Positions 20,146-29,731 of a stretch of 64,000 bases of DNA are shown piece after piece. The stretch is from Candidatus Methanofilum arcanum (lineage in GTDB: Archaea; Halobacteriota; Methanomicrobia; Methanomicrobiales; Methanospirillaceae). Position 1 is the first letter of the stretch. The number at the start of each line of letters is the position of its first letter. The stretch lies in assembly GCA_031285085.1 (NCBI GenBank), contig JAITWW010000093.1, forward strand, positions 2,851 through 66,850, written 5' to 3'. Made by a program: the position numbers and the translations under genes. The notes under the pieces were generated by a model. It searched no databases. It worked only from the letters and a program-made list of their open reading frames with translations, and was not told the DNA's origin.

Positions 20146-20287
20146 TGTGACAACCTCCGAAAACCGGTAATAGCATAATTCTGATCGTGCGTTTAACGGT
20201 TTTTACGCCGAAATGTGGCAGGATATTACTCTTCATGAAGAATATATGTGGAATCATCGCAGTTTTCGGAGGTTGCCATGTGTCACA
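20146..20287. repeat. 142-nt element closed by a long inverted repeat (candidate structured RNA or MITE-like element)
   Basis: The left arm is TGTGACAACCTCCGAAAAC (20146-20164). The right arm is GTTTTCGGAGGTTG-CCATGTG-TCACA (20262-20287). That gives 14 perfectly complementary bp plus 5 more after a 7-nt bulge. The element lies in a 637-bp gap with no convincing ORF. Confidence 0.4.
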
Positions 20288-20382
20288 AGAGTAAATGTGT
20301 CTGTAGGATAAGTGGTGGAACTTAAACACACAAACAGATCTGATCATCTGGGCTATAAGACAACTACAACTCTATAACATCA

Positions 20383-20958
20383 CTATTTTGTTAAAAATAA
20401 AAGTGCAACTCGTTCACACACGAGATCTTCAAGTCTGTCTTTTCCCATCATCGTGAGTTCCTCTGCTGTGATACTATACTGTTCTTTAAAAAATGAAATG
20501 CGCAGATCGTTCTCATCATAACTTGTTGTGCCGTATGGTGCCATCATTGTGTTAAAGTCGATCTGCAACTCTTTCAAAAGATCAAATGGTTTCCTCTGTG
20601 TTTCACCAAGTCGTGAAATGAGGCAGATATAACACGTATTCTCTCCGGGTTGCACTCCAAATGCATGAATCTGCCCTGTCTGTCTGGTTGCAGCAGCAAA
20701 AAGAAGTATCTCAACTTCAAGGGTTTTAGCGATAGGTTTTGTGGAAAACGAACGCAGAGCGTGTGTAATTGCGGTCTCTATATGACGCAGTCCAGCAACA
20801 TAGTATGTACGAATAAGTACGATGTGATATCCTGTTTGAAGTCCAATATGTGAAAGTTCTTTTAAAAAAATGGGAACATCTTTTATATACACTGAGCATG
20901 GGAAAATTGCATATGGTGGTTTTTTCTTGTTTTTGTGATTACTAGTCATATAACTCAA
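20383..20958 (-). CDS. cgi121: KEOPS complex subunit Cgi121
   Basis: The matching segments are VAGLRHIETAITHALRSFSTKPIAKTLEVEILLFAAATRQTGQI and the C-terminal LVCERVALLFL, which fit the archaeal Cgi121 pattern. The N-terminus is probably shorter than the track ORF. Confidence 0.6.
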   Translation of the reverse strand: MSYMTSNHKNKKKPPYAIFPCSVYIKDVPIFLKELSHIGLQTGYHIVLIRTYYVAGLRHIETAITHALRSFSTKPIAKTLEVEILLFAAATRQTGQIHAFGVQPGENTCYICLISRLGETQRKPFDLLKELQIDFNTMMAPYGTTSYDENDLRISFFKEQYSITAEELTMMGKDRLEDLVCERVALLFLTK

Positions 20959-21210
20959 AGATAGATAGGTGCGATACTCTTAAAACCAATGTCACTAGCT
21001 ACTACAACGTAACCTCTCCAAAGAAAGTCTATTACGGCCATTTATCTTTATCCCTTTTGCATATCGAAAGAAACAGAACTGCTAGCGTGAAAACTTGGTG
21101 AAACATGGTGTGGTCACACCAAAGCCAATGACGATACAAAAATTGGAGATGTGAGTAGTTACTGGGATGTTAAATTGTTAACTGGAATCCTGTAGCTTTT
21201 GACATTGCTC

Positions 21211-23712
21211 TTAAAACAATGAACTTTGGTGTGTTTCTGGTGTTTTTTTCTGATCTTGATCTATATCATTTGTGAATGATGAGAAGATCTTCTTTGCTGC
21301 AGTTGCTCCAATAATTCTTGATATCTCATCTGGTGTAGCCTGCATAATGTTCTCTACTGTTGCATATCCAGAAGCTTGCAATATTTCTGCCCTCTTTGGC
21401 CCAATACCTGGAAGATCAGTTATCCTACTGAGATAATTCTTGTCACCACTCTCTTTATACGGTAATCCATTTTCTTTATATTCTTCAGGAATAATGTCGA
21501 CATTTGAACGTTTTGCAACTTCCAGTATCACTCTCTCTGCAAGTGTCGCACCAATAATTCGAGCGAGCTGTGAGTGCCCAGCCGCAAGAATGGAGGCATC
21601 ATCTCTCATCCCTGCATTATACATTCTTCTCGCTCTGACACGTCCAATATCACGAAGTTTTACCAGAGGCAAGAGTTCTGACTTCACTCCGTGCTGCGTT
21701 CGAAGCATCACCGTTGAAATTGCATTATATGCTGCTGGAATCACCATCGAAGACAGTCGGCTTGAAGCATATAAAAGCCATTTAGCGCTCTCGACAACAT
21801 TATAAATATCTCCTGCACCAACTCCAAATCGCTCTTCGATGCGATCTTCAAAGACCTCATCTATCCACTCATTCAGAACCAATGCTGTTTTCAAAGCACG
21901 AAGCCAGATCTCTTCTCCTTCTTCATCAGAGGGCATGGAACAGAGAAATTCTTCTTTATGCTGATATATGTACACATCCAGGATCTGATGATCTTTTGAT
22001 TTCAAGTAGAGTGTCTGCATATCTGATGTGCATCCAATGAGGTGGAAAAGGGATATTGGCGTGACTTTTTTAACTCCCGTAAGGCTATCGATAATAATTC
22101 GTGCGCTCATGGGATCAATATAAAGCTGTGCGGTAAGCATTCCAAGCGAGGTAGGACGCAGTTGCTCCTTTCCAAACTCGCCATCAATCACAATCATTCC
22201 GATTTGTTCAAGTGCTTCGATAACCTCACTCACGACATTTCCCATTGTTCTTGATTTCGGGTGCTGATATGCATAAAACGTCTTTTCCATAAATTTGGTT
22301 AAAGACTCTGTTGTTGGTGCAAAATCACTTGTAATAAGTGAGAGAATATGGGAGGCCATACTCTCTTCATCAGTGCACTGACTTGTGACATGTTCTGGTG
22401 CGGCATCAATAAAATAATCAATAAGTTCTGGGATCATCTGTTGATCCTTTGCAATAAGCACTGCCTCCCCATATGGATCAAGATGTGGACGCCCAGCTCG
22501 CCCTGCCATCTGATGAAACTCCATAACAGGAATTGGAACCATTCCCGCTCCTCCTGCAAATCTCATATAATCTCTAATGATAACACGTCGTGCCGGAAGA
22601 TTAAGCCCTGCTGCAAGAGTTGGTGTCGCTGCGATAACTGATATGTAACCCTTTCGAAACCCTTCCTCTATTAAACTCCGTTCTTCTCGTTTGAGACCAG
22701 CATGATGAAATGCAACTCCTTCAGCGACACAAGAAGCAAGCACATTATCTTTGAATGCCAAAACATCTGGATCAATCTTTCGTTTTTTTGATGTTTTTGA
22801 TGCATTTCTTATATTTTCAGTATCTGTTCTTTCATCTCCGGTTTGTCGACTTTTGAGTAGCTGTTTCGCAAGAGCAACAGACTCAGGAGTCTTACATGCA
22901 AGCGCCTTTGCAGCACGTTTTGCAAATCCTTCGGCATTTCTTCGAGATGAAACAAATAAAAGACATTGCCCCCCCTCTTCAATGGTGTCAAAACAGAGAT
23001 TGAGATCATCATGTCGTGTTTTTTGAGGAACAACTCGATTTGGGATGGTGCTTGTTCCTTCTCTCTCTCCAAACTGAATAACGCCATTGAAATAGACCCC
23101 TTGCCTGAGATCAACAGGCCTCCAAGAACTGGTAACAAGGCTCGCATTCATCCATCCTGCAAGCACTTTCGGATTCCCAATCGTTGCTGACAATCCAATT
23201 ATTTGAATACTAGGGTTTACATGATGAAGTTTTGCAATAACCATCTCTAATGTAACGCCTCGATGCTCTGATGCAATAAGATGAATCTCATCTATTACAA
23301 TCAGTGAGACCGTATGTATCCATGGCGTCCGATTGCGAATTAAGGAGTCTGTCTTTTCACTCGTTGCAACGATGAGATCATATGATCCAAGATATGCGTC
23401 CTGTCTATCAAGATCTCCTGTTGCGATACCAACTGTAATTCCTTTATTTGAAAATTCTTCATATTTTTCAGATGCTAAAGCACGAAGGGGTACGATATAT
23501 ATGCAGCGACCCACCCGTTCAACAGCTTTGTGAATTGCCATCTCTGCAAGAATTGTTTTTCCGCTTGCTGTTGGTATTGAGATAAGCATATTCTCTCCAT
23601 CAAGGAGGCCACGCTCAATACACTCTGCCTGTGGAGGATAGAGAGCAGTGATCCCTTTTTCAAGATACGCGTCCTTTAACTGCTTTGGAATGGGGAGATC
23701 AGAGATATGCAT
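21211..23712 (-). CDS. hel308: Hel308/Ski2-type DNA helicase
   Basis: Motifs seen are PTASGKT, DEIHLI, SATIGN and GRAGRP, with a C-terminal HhH segment (LPGIGPKRAEIL). At 833 aa it includes a K-rich insert (KTSKKRKID). Confidence 0.9.
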   Translation of the reverse strand: MHISDLPIPKQLKDAYLEKGITALYPPQAECIERGLLDGENMLISIPTASGKTILAEMAIHKAVERVGRCIYIVPLRALASEKYEEFSNKGITVGIATGDLDRQDAYLGSYDLIVATSEKTDSLIRNRTPWIHTVSLIVIDEIHLIASEHRGVTLEMVIAKLHHVNPSIQIIGLSATIGNPKVLAGWMNASLVTSSWRPVDLRQGVYFNGVIQFGEREGTSTIPNRVVPQKTRHDDLNLCFDTIEEGGQCLLFVSSRRNAEGFAKRAAKALACKTPESVALAKQLLKSRQTGDERTDTENIRNASKTSKKRKIDPDVLAFKDNVLASCVAEGVAFHHAGLKREERSLIEEGFRKGYISVIAATPTLAAGLNLPARRVIIRDYMRFAGGAGMVPIPVMEFHQMAGRAGRPHLDPYGEAVLIAKDQQMIPELIDYFIDAAPEHVTSQCTDEESMASHILSLITSDFAPTTESLTKFMEKTFYAYQHPKSRTMGNVVSEVIEALEQIGMIVIDGEFGKEQLRPTSLGMLTAQLYIDPMSARIIIDSLTGVKKVTPISLFHLIGCTSDMQTLYLKSKDHQILDVYIYQHKEEFLCSMPSDEEGEEIWLRALKTALVLNEWIDEVFEDRIEERFGVGAGDIYNVVESAKWLLYASSRLSSMVIPAAYNAISTVMLRTQHGVKSELLPLVKLRDIGRVRARRMYNAGMRDDASILAAGHSQLARIIGATLAERVILEVAKRSNVDIIPEEYKENGLPYKESGDKNYLSRITDLPGIGPKRAEILQASGYATVENIMQATPDEISRIIGATAAKKIFSSFTNDIDQDQKKTPETHQSSLF

Positions 23713-23762
23713 ACATGAACCTATTTATTTTTTCATTTCTGAACTTCCCAAGACATATTCTC

Positions 23763-24293
23763 TCATGAAGTGGATGCAACGGTATTGATAGAAACATTGA
23801 CTGGAACAACATGTGAAAGGATAAACTCAGGGATTCGCTCTGATGTTTCTATGCTTGCATCAAATGCTGCTACCGCTTGTTCTGGATTGGATGAGTGCTT
23901 GGTAGGACCAAGGTATTTTATCTCTACCCGGTAGTTTGTTTCAAAAATTGTAACTCCAAACATAGCGATTTGTGCTCGTCGTTCGGTAATCTTTTTTGAT
24001 TCACCAATATTCATGAGGCTGACCTTTTCATTCGTTGTGATAGATACACTGCTATCTTCTGCCAAAGAGACCATCAACGATACAGATCCTATGTAGCTCG
24101 TCTCATCTGGCACGATCTCAATTGCATACTTGATGGCATATGGGTAAGGTGTTACGCGCTCAATTGAAAGATCTGGTTCGATAGAAAGGTTTGTCAGTGC
24201 GAGACCAGTTCCAAGAATAAAAGCAATAATGATGAGTGCAAGAAGAAAATGGGATGTTATCCGTTTTAGTTTTCCTCTATTTCGTTCTGTCAT
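23763..24293 (-). CDS. hypothetical N-terminally anchored membrane protein
   Basis: This is a 176-aa ORF with one N-terminal TM helix (FLLALIIIAFILGTGLAL). I recognise no family motif. Confidence 0.4.
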   Translation of the reverse strand: MTERNRGKLKRITSHFLLALIIIAFILGTGLALTNLSIEPDLSIERVTPYPYAIKYAIEIVPDETSYIGSVSLMVSLAEDSSVSITTNEKVSLMNIGESKKITERRAQIAMFGVTIFETNYRVEIKYLGPTKHSSNPEQAVAAFDASIETSERIPEFILSHVVPVNVSINTVASTS

Positions 24294-24439
24294 GAGTATG
24301 TATTTCTCGTTGAGTTATGTGAAGTTAATGAGAAGCTCTACGAAATCTCGCCATCAATGCACAGTAGGGAGGGAGAGAGTATTAAGAGATACGCCGTATA
24401 TAACTATAGATCTATAGATTGTAGATATAGGAAAAATCA

Positions 24440-25186
24440 ATGTGCCAAAGTATCTCTTCCATCGCTTTGATGTGTCTTCTCTATCTCTTTCTCATAGGGC
24501 TTGTACTGTGTGGTGGCTGTGTTGGAAATCGAGATCTCATTGCACAGGGTGATAATTACTTCGCAGATGGAAAATATATCCAAGCTCTTTCTAAATACCA
24601 GGCTGCAATACAGGAACAACCTGATAATTCAGTAGCATATATAAAAGAAGGTATGGCACTTTTTTCTCTTGTTCGATATGAAGATGCAATAGGATCATTT
24701 ACGGCGGCTATTCGTCTTGATCCAAACTCTGCTGAGGCGTATTATCTAAAAGGAAGAACCAGCTATATGATGGGCAATTATGACGAAGCAGTGCGTTCTT
24801 TTTACAAAGCGCTTGAAATGAATCAGGCAAATCCTGATTATTGGTACTACCGTGGACTTGCCCTTACGGATCGCGGACAACACGAATCTGCTTTAGATCA
24901 TTTCAATAAAGCACTTTTGCTTGATCCATTCCATGAACTTAGTTGGAGTGGAAAGGCAAAGGCCTTAATGCGTCAAAATAATAATAATGAAGCACTTGCT
25001 GCAATAGAGAAAGCTATAAACATTAACCCCGAAAATGCCCAACATTGGATAGATAAAGCCCAAATTCTTGAGAAGTTGTACTTGTTTCATGAAGCTGATA
25101 CTGTGTATGAGTACGCGTTTGTGCTTTTAAAGAAGCAAGAAGATGAGATAACAAAGAGATTTCCAGTCTCATCCCGGCTAATATAA
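24440..25186 (+). CDS. TPR-repeat protein with lipoprotein-like signal peptide
   Basis: The signal peptide ends LVLCGGC. Several 34-aa TPR units follow (AYIKEGMALFSLVRYEDAIGSFTAAIRLDPNSAEAYYLKG...). Confidence 0.75.
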   Translation: MCQSISSIALMCLLYLFLIGLVLCGGCVGNRDLIAQGDNYFADGKYIQALSKYQAAIQEQPDNSVAYIKEGMALFSLVRYEDAIGSFTAAIRLDPNSAEAYYLKGRTSYMMGNYDEAVRSFYKALEMNQANPDYWYYRGLALTDRGQHESALDHFNKALLLDPFHELSWSGKAKALMRQNNNNEALAAIEKAININPENAQHWIDKAQILEKLYLFHEADTVYEYAFVLLKKQEDEITKRFPVSSRLI

Positions 25187-25220
25187 GATATTAGAAATGA
25201 AAATACAATGAGTAAAAACC

Positions 25221-25988
25221 ATGGCTTCACTCAGTCTTACTTCTTCGCATACTCAGGCCACTTCTCCCTTTTTCACACACATGCCTGTTTTTTCACTCAT
25301 TGCGTTACTGTGTTTTGTTTTCTGCGCTGGCTGCACTGATGAACCAACCTCCCTTCGTGATCAATGGAATGACAAAGGAAACTCCCTTGCTGATCAAGGA
25401 CGATATGAAGAAGCACTTGATGCATTTAATACAGCACTGACTTATGACTCAGGTGATGCATTAACATATGTATATCGGGGAATTGTACTTCATGATCTTA
25501 ATAGAGTCGATGAAGCAATGAAGGATTTTGATTTTGCCCTCACTTTAAATCCTCATGAAGGGCGAGCCTGGATTGGAATAGCTACTATATATATTGATGC
25601 TGGAGACTACCTACGAGCTGAACAAGCTGTGGATCGTGTCATTGAGGAAGCAAACCAAAATTCAGATAAAGTTATTGTTGATGCATATCTTATTCGTGGA
25701 TTTGCACACAATCGTCTGCAGCAGTATGAGTCTGCTCTTCGATACTTTGATCTCGCTATAACCCTTGATCCAGAACGAAAAGATCTATGGGAGCATAAAG
25801 CCTACTCACTTGTCAGCATGGGAAGACTTACAGAAGCACTGCAGTGCTATGATTACCTCATTCAGCTGTATCCTGATGATCCCCAGCTTTGGAATACAAA
25901 AGGCTCTGTGCATATGGCTCTTGGACAGACCACTGACGCGAATCGTGCCTATGCAACAGCAAAAAGCATTATGCTGAACTCGCGGTAG
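25221..25988 (+). CDS. TPR-repeat protein with lipoprotein-like signal peptide
   Basis: The signal peptide ends FVFCAGC. TPR units follow (WNDKGNSLADQGRYEEALDAFNTALTYDSGDALTY...). It is a tandem paralogue of the preceding gene. Confidence 0.75.
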   Translation: MASLSLTSSHTQATSPFFTHMPVFSLIALLCFVFCAGCTDEPTSLRDQWNDKGNSLADQGRYEEALDAFNTALTYDSGDALTYVYRGIVLHDLNRVDEAMKDFDFALTLNPHEGRAWIGIATIYIDAGDYLRAEQAVDRVIEEANQNSDKVIVDAYLIRGFAHNRLQQYESALRYFDLAITLDPERKDLWEHKAYSLVSMGRLTEALQCYDYLIQLYPDDPQLWNTKGSVHMALGQTTDANRAYATAKSIMLNSR

Positions 25989-26031
25989 CGTTTATGATGA
26001 ATAGGGACACATCTGTGTGGAAGGTTAATAT

Positions 26032-26898
26032 ATGATACTTATTACTGCAAAAACGATTGGAGAGGCACATGAACAGGTAGTGCAATTGATCTACAATAAA
26101 TGCAGCAAGGAAGAGTCTAGCATTCGAATTACTGAGGATGGAGAGCGGACTTATGAGCCTTGGACTCCGATTTGCATTCACGTTCAAGAGCCATTTGCAG
26201 AACCGATGAGGGCATCAGCTTCTTTTTTTGGAGATCGTTTTTTACAGGCATATCAATCAACTCTCTATACCATTGCGAAACGAAGAAATGATGGTACTGA
26301 TGCTGTTTATACCTATGGAAACCGCCTGCGAGATTATCCTCGCGCCATAATTTCAGCAACTGATCAGAGTAAGCAGCCACTGAAACGTGCAAAACCTGGT
26401 ATTATTGAGCAGATGATGACTCGCTTTGGATACCAAAAAATTGAAAAGGAAGATGGTGAAACCGATGATCTTCTTTCCTATGCAGGTGATGGAAATGGTG
26501 GTGGCATTGATCAGATCAAGAGAAGTATCATTAATCGCTTGGTTGAAAATCCTGAAAGCCGTCGAGCTGTTGCGATCACATGGGTGCCCTACCTAGATAT
26601 TGAGAGTGCAGAACCACCTTGCCTTCAGATAGTCCAAGCATTGATTGATGCACACAATGCAATTCATTTGGTATGTCTGTTTCGCAGTAATGATATGCTC
26701 TCTGCATGGGGTCAAAATGCATACGGGCTTGCTCATTTGCTGCAATTCATCTGTAATGAGATTAATAAGGAACGTAAGCGACAGCATCAACCTCTTCTTA
26801 CCGTTGGGTGGATTGAGACAATAAGCGTCTCTGCTCATATGTATTTTACCCGTGATGATTATGAGCTTCGTCGGTACCTTGATTTGAAAAATGTATAG
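26032..26898 (+). CDS. thyA: ThyA-family thymidylate synthase (archaeal type) with an internal insertion
   Basis: Motifs seen are DQIKRSIINRLVENPESRRAVAITW, the catalytic-Cys block EPPCLQ, and LFRSNDMLSAWGQNAYGLAHLLQFI, which parallels QRSxD..LG.PFNIASYALL. Confidence 0.65.
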   Translation: MILITAKTIGEAHEQVVQLIYNKCSKEESSIRITEDGERTYEPWTPICIHVQEPFAEPMRASASFFGDRFLQAYQSTLYTIAKRRNDGTDAVYTYGNRLRDYPRAIISATDQSKQPLKRAKPGIIEQMMTRFGYQKIEKEDGETDDLLSYAGDGNGGGIDQIKRSIINRLVENPESRRAVAITWVPYLDIESAEPPCLQIVQALIDAHNAIHLVCLFRSNDMLSAWGQNAYGLAHLLQFICNEINKERKRQHQPLLTVGWIETISVSAHMYFTRDDYELRRYLDLKNV

Positions 26899-26978
26899 AG
26901 CATCAAAAAGTAGTTATACAGATGTACCATATGTTAATGATATACTAATCCAAAACCCTACGTTTTAGGAGGTTTATC

Positions 26979-27809
26979 ATGATAACTACACACAAAGGTT
27001 CTCGATATTTTGCAGCTATACTCGTTATTACTTTAGTATGCTGCATGTTCTGCATAAGCAGTGTTGGAGCAGCTGAAACACCAAAATCTTTATTAAAAAA
27101 TCCATTTTCCTCATCGGGCTCTGCCCCTTCTTCGAGCCCTACCCTTTCTGGTGGGCCAAGTACTGGAACGGTTGTGGCACCAGCATCACAATCCTCTGCT
27201 GCAGTAGATAGTTGCCGTATCACCTTACAAACAGATCGGACAAGGGTCTATTATCAAGCGAAGATTCAATTTGATGCAAGTGTTGTGAGAACAAGTACAA
27301 ATGCACCTGTAGCAGGAGCTGTTGTTACATTTCAAAACGTAAATGACAGTTTTGATACGAGGAGAGCCATAACAAACTCACAAGGAAAAGCCATTGCAGG
27401 AGCATATGCAAAGCTTGCACCTCCTGAATCTGAACAGTGGATCGCGACAGCAGTTGTAGATGGCATGGAATGTTCAAGCCGACCGGTTAATATTCAAGTA
27501 ATTGAGCTTAATACACCAGCCATAACAGCGGATTCACGCATTTATGTCAATCCATTCTCTAGTGGAGGCATGCTTCCAGCATATGCATGGCTAGATGCAT
27601 TTTGGCCAGCATACTCGTTTTATGATCCCTCCTATGGTGGATTTGTAACTGGCGAGAGTTTTGAATACAATGGTTGGACATACACTCCTGGGTTCTTCCC
27701 ATGGGCAGCTTCTGCTTCATATTACCCATATTGGGGTAGTACGTACAGCTATGATTCTCGTCCTTTCTTTGCAGTGGCAGCAACATCACCGTTTCCCATA
27801 TGGTACTGA
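26979..27809 (+). CDS. secreted protein with Ser/Pro linker, Ig-like/carboxypeptidase-regulatory-like segment and aromatic-rich C-terminus
   Basis: It has a signal peptide (ILVITLVCCMFCISSVGAAE), an S/P-rich linker and the segment VAGAVVTFQNVNDSFDTRRAITNSQGKAIA. The tail is rich in Y, W and F. Confidence 0.45.
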   Translation: MITTHKGSRYFAAILVITLVCCMFCISSVGAAETPKSLLKNPFSSSGSAPSSSPTLSGGPSTGTVVAPASQSSAAVDSCRITLQTDRTRVYYQAKIQFDASVVRTSTNAPVAGAVVTFQNVNDSFDTRRAITNSQGKAIAGAYAKLAPPESEQWIATAVVDGMECSSRPVNIQVIELNTPAITADSRIYVNPFSSGGMLPAYAWLDAFWPAYSFYDPSYGGFVTGESFEYNGWTYTPGFFPWAASASYYPYWGSTYSYDSRPFFAVAATSPFPIWY

Positions 27810-27967
27810 TAGTTGATTAAGAAGTGTTTTACTTCCAAACTCTTTTTTGGAGATAGAGAAGAGTTTTTGCCTGTTTTCTGATGATTTGCTTCTGTTCCCT
27901 GATGTTTTGTTATTGCATGAAAATTATGGAGGGGGTGGAATATCTTTTAGTGAAAGAGAACAAAACA

Positions 27968-28528
27968 ATGTATATGAAAGTCATTGCGATAGACGGAGGG
28001 CCACGAAAGGCAGGAAGTACAACAACCCTTGTCTCCCATATTCTGAAAGGTGCAGAAAAAAAAGGAGCAGAAACAGAGATTATATCACTCTATGATCTTG
28101 ACTATAGCGGCTGTCGTGGCTGTCTATACTGTAAATCACATAATTCATGTAAACAAGATGATGACATGAATATCGTGTATGACAAAATATGGGATGCAGA
28201 TGTTATCTTATTTGCAACGCCTGTTTATTTTGCTCAGATGACAGGTCAACTCAAAAACTGCCTTGACCGCTTATATGCACTCATTGATGCAGAGTACGTA
28301 TCCCGCCTTTCAGCAGGAAAAAAATTTGGCGTTGTTGTTACTCAAGGAGATGAATCTGCTCCATTTTGTGAAACAATCAAAAGCACAATTGAGTTTACAA
28401 TGGAATTTCTTGGAATTGAATCATGTGGCTCAATCAATGCAAATGGAGTTCATGAAGCAGCAGATCTACTCCGAATGACAGATCTCCTTGCCAAAGCCGA
28501 AGCATTTGGTGAAAAAGCTGTATCATAG
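27968..28528 (+). CDS. NADPH-dependent FMN reductase-fold flavoprotein (iron-sulfur flavoprotein-like)
   Basis: The matching sequence is MKVIAIDGGPRKAGSTTTL...CRGCLYC...DADVILFATPVYFAQMTGQLKNCLDRL. The start is moved to an internal Met (27968 or 27974). Confidence 0.7.
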   Translation: MYMKVIAIDGGPRKAGSTTTLVSHILKGAEKKGAETEIISLYDLDYSGCRGCLYCKSHNSCKQDDDMNIVYDKIWDADVILFATPVYFAQMTGQLKNCLDRLYALIDAEYVSRLSAGKKFGVVVTQGDESAPFCETIKSTIEFTMEFLGIESCGSINANGVHEAADLLRMTDLLAKAEAFGEKAVS

Positions 28529-28584
28529 AGAGATATATGGTACATCATAGACCTATTTGAGCTCATCATACCCCCTTTTTCTGA

Positions 28585-29592
28585 ATGAAACAGTTACTCA
28601 TTCCAGGTGGAATACTCTACAACGGCGATTGCATTGTAGGTGCAAAACAATATATAAAGGACAACTCTATCGACCTCATTATAACAGACCCACCATATGG
28701 CATTCAAGGGGATATGCTACATCATCATTATAATCGTGATGAACGATTCGTTGTGCAGGGATATGTAGAAGTATCAACCAATGCATATGAGGAGTTTAGT
28801 CATGCTTGGATTAAAGAGGCAGCTCGCATTTTGCGCCCAGGAGGATCCATCTATATCATATCTGGATATACAAACCTCTACCATATTCTTTCTGCATTAC
28901 GACAGACAGAGCTTGTAGAGATAAACCACATAATCTGGAAATACAACTTTGGAGTCTTTACAAAAAAGAAGTATATCTCTTCTCATTATCATATTCTCTA
29001 TTATGAAAAAATTGGAGGAAACAGAACATTTCAAACGGAGGTGAGATTTGGCCTCTGTGAGAAGGATGAAAATGGAGGTTCATGCAACTATCAGGATCGA
29101 GGAGATGTATGGATTATGAACAGGGAGTTCAAACCAGGAAAGATAAAAAACAAAAATGAACTCCCTTATGAGTTATTGGTAAAAATGATGCAGTACAGCA
29201 GCCAGGAAGGAGATCAGATCTGTGATCTTTTTCTTGGTGGATGTTCTACGGCAAAAGTCGCTATAGGCCTAAATAGAAAGATTATTGGATTTGAAATCTC
29301 ACCAACTATCTTTGATATCAAAACAAAGGAGGTAGAAACAATAATTCCAGGATCTATGCTCTCCTCTCTTCGAATCCCAGTTCTTACTACACCAGGCAGA
29401 CGAGGAAAGAGGTGGAGCAGCGAAGAACGCCAAGCAGTGCATAAGCGATACCATGAGTTCATGCAAGCAGGCATGTCAAAAACAAATGCCATATCAACTC
29501 TTGAAAAAGAGTTTGAACGTGGTAGATTCTCTCTTTCTCGATGTTTAAAGGAAGACATTCCAGATGAGAGAGAAAATCAAAACGAAAGATAG
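28585..29592 (+). CDS. beta-class (motif IV before motif I) N6-adenine/N4-cytosine DNA methyltransferase, no adjacent endonuclease
   Basis: The catalytic motif DLIITDPPYG is N-terminal. The AdoMet motif ICDLFLGGCSTAKVAIGLNRKIIGFE is C-terminal. A tail of about 80 aa follows. Confidence 0.8.
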   Translation: MKQLLIPGGILYNGDCIVGAKQYIKDNSIDLIITDPPYGIQGDMLHHHYNRDERFVVQGYVEVSTNAYEEFSHAWIKEAARILRPGGSIYIISGYTNLYHILSALRQTELVEINHIIWKYNFGVFTKKKYISSHYHILYYEKIGGNRTFQTEVRFGLCEKDENGGSCNYQDRGDVWIMNREFKPGKIKNKNELPYELLVKMMQYSSQEGDQICDLFLGGCSTAKVAIGLNRKIIGFEISPTIFDIKTKEVETIIPGSMLSSLRIPVLTTPGRRGKRWSSEERQAVHKRYHEFMQAGMSKTNAISTLEKEFERGRFSLSRCLKEDIPDERENQNER

Positions 29593-29731
29593 AGATCCAA
29601 AATTTCCACTTCGCAGTTCTTTCAGATTTGAAATCGTGATTTCGTACGTGGTCTTTGAGGTCCCATTTCTCATTCTGCAAGAGAGCTCATAAAAGTGTAT
29701 TGCCAAAATAAAAGGGAAATTTGCGTAAACC

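Noticed and set aside
19970-20347. 125-aa minus-strand ORF in the long gap between the HAD gene and cgi121
   Set aside because: Its composition is Cys/His/Phe-rich and looks random, with no motif. It runs straight through the inverted-repeat element, so I treat it as non-coding.
21106-21121. Palindrome TGGTGTG-GT-CACACCA upstream of cgi121
   Set aside because: This is a single short palindrome with no second copy seen in the window. I cannot distinguish it from chance without genome-wide motif data.
27881-29731. Search for a restriction endonuclease partner next to the DNA methyltransferase
   Set aside because: The upstream ORF is clearly an FMN-reductase-fold flavoprotein. The 140-nt downstream spacer has no ORF before alaS.
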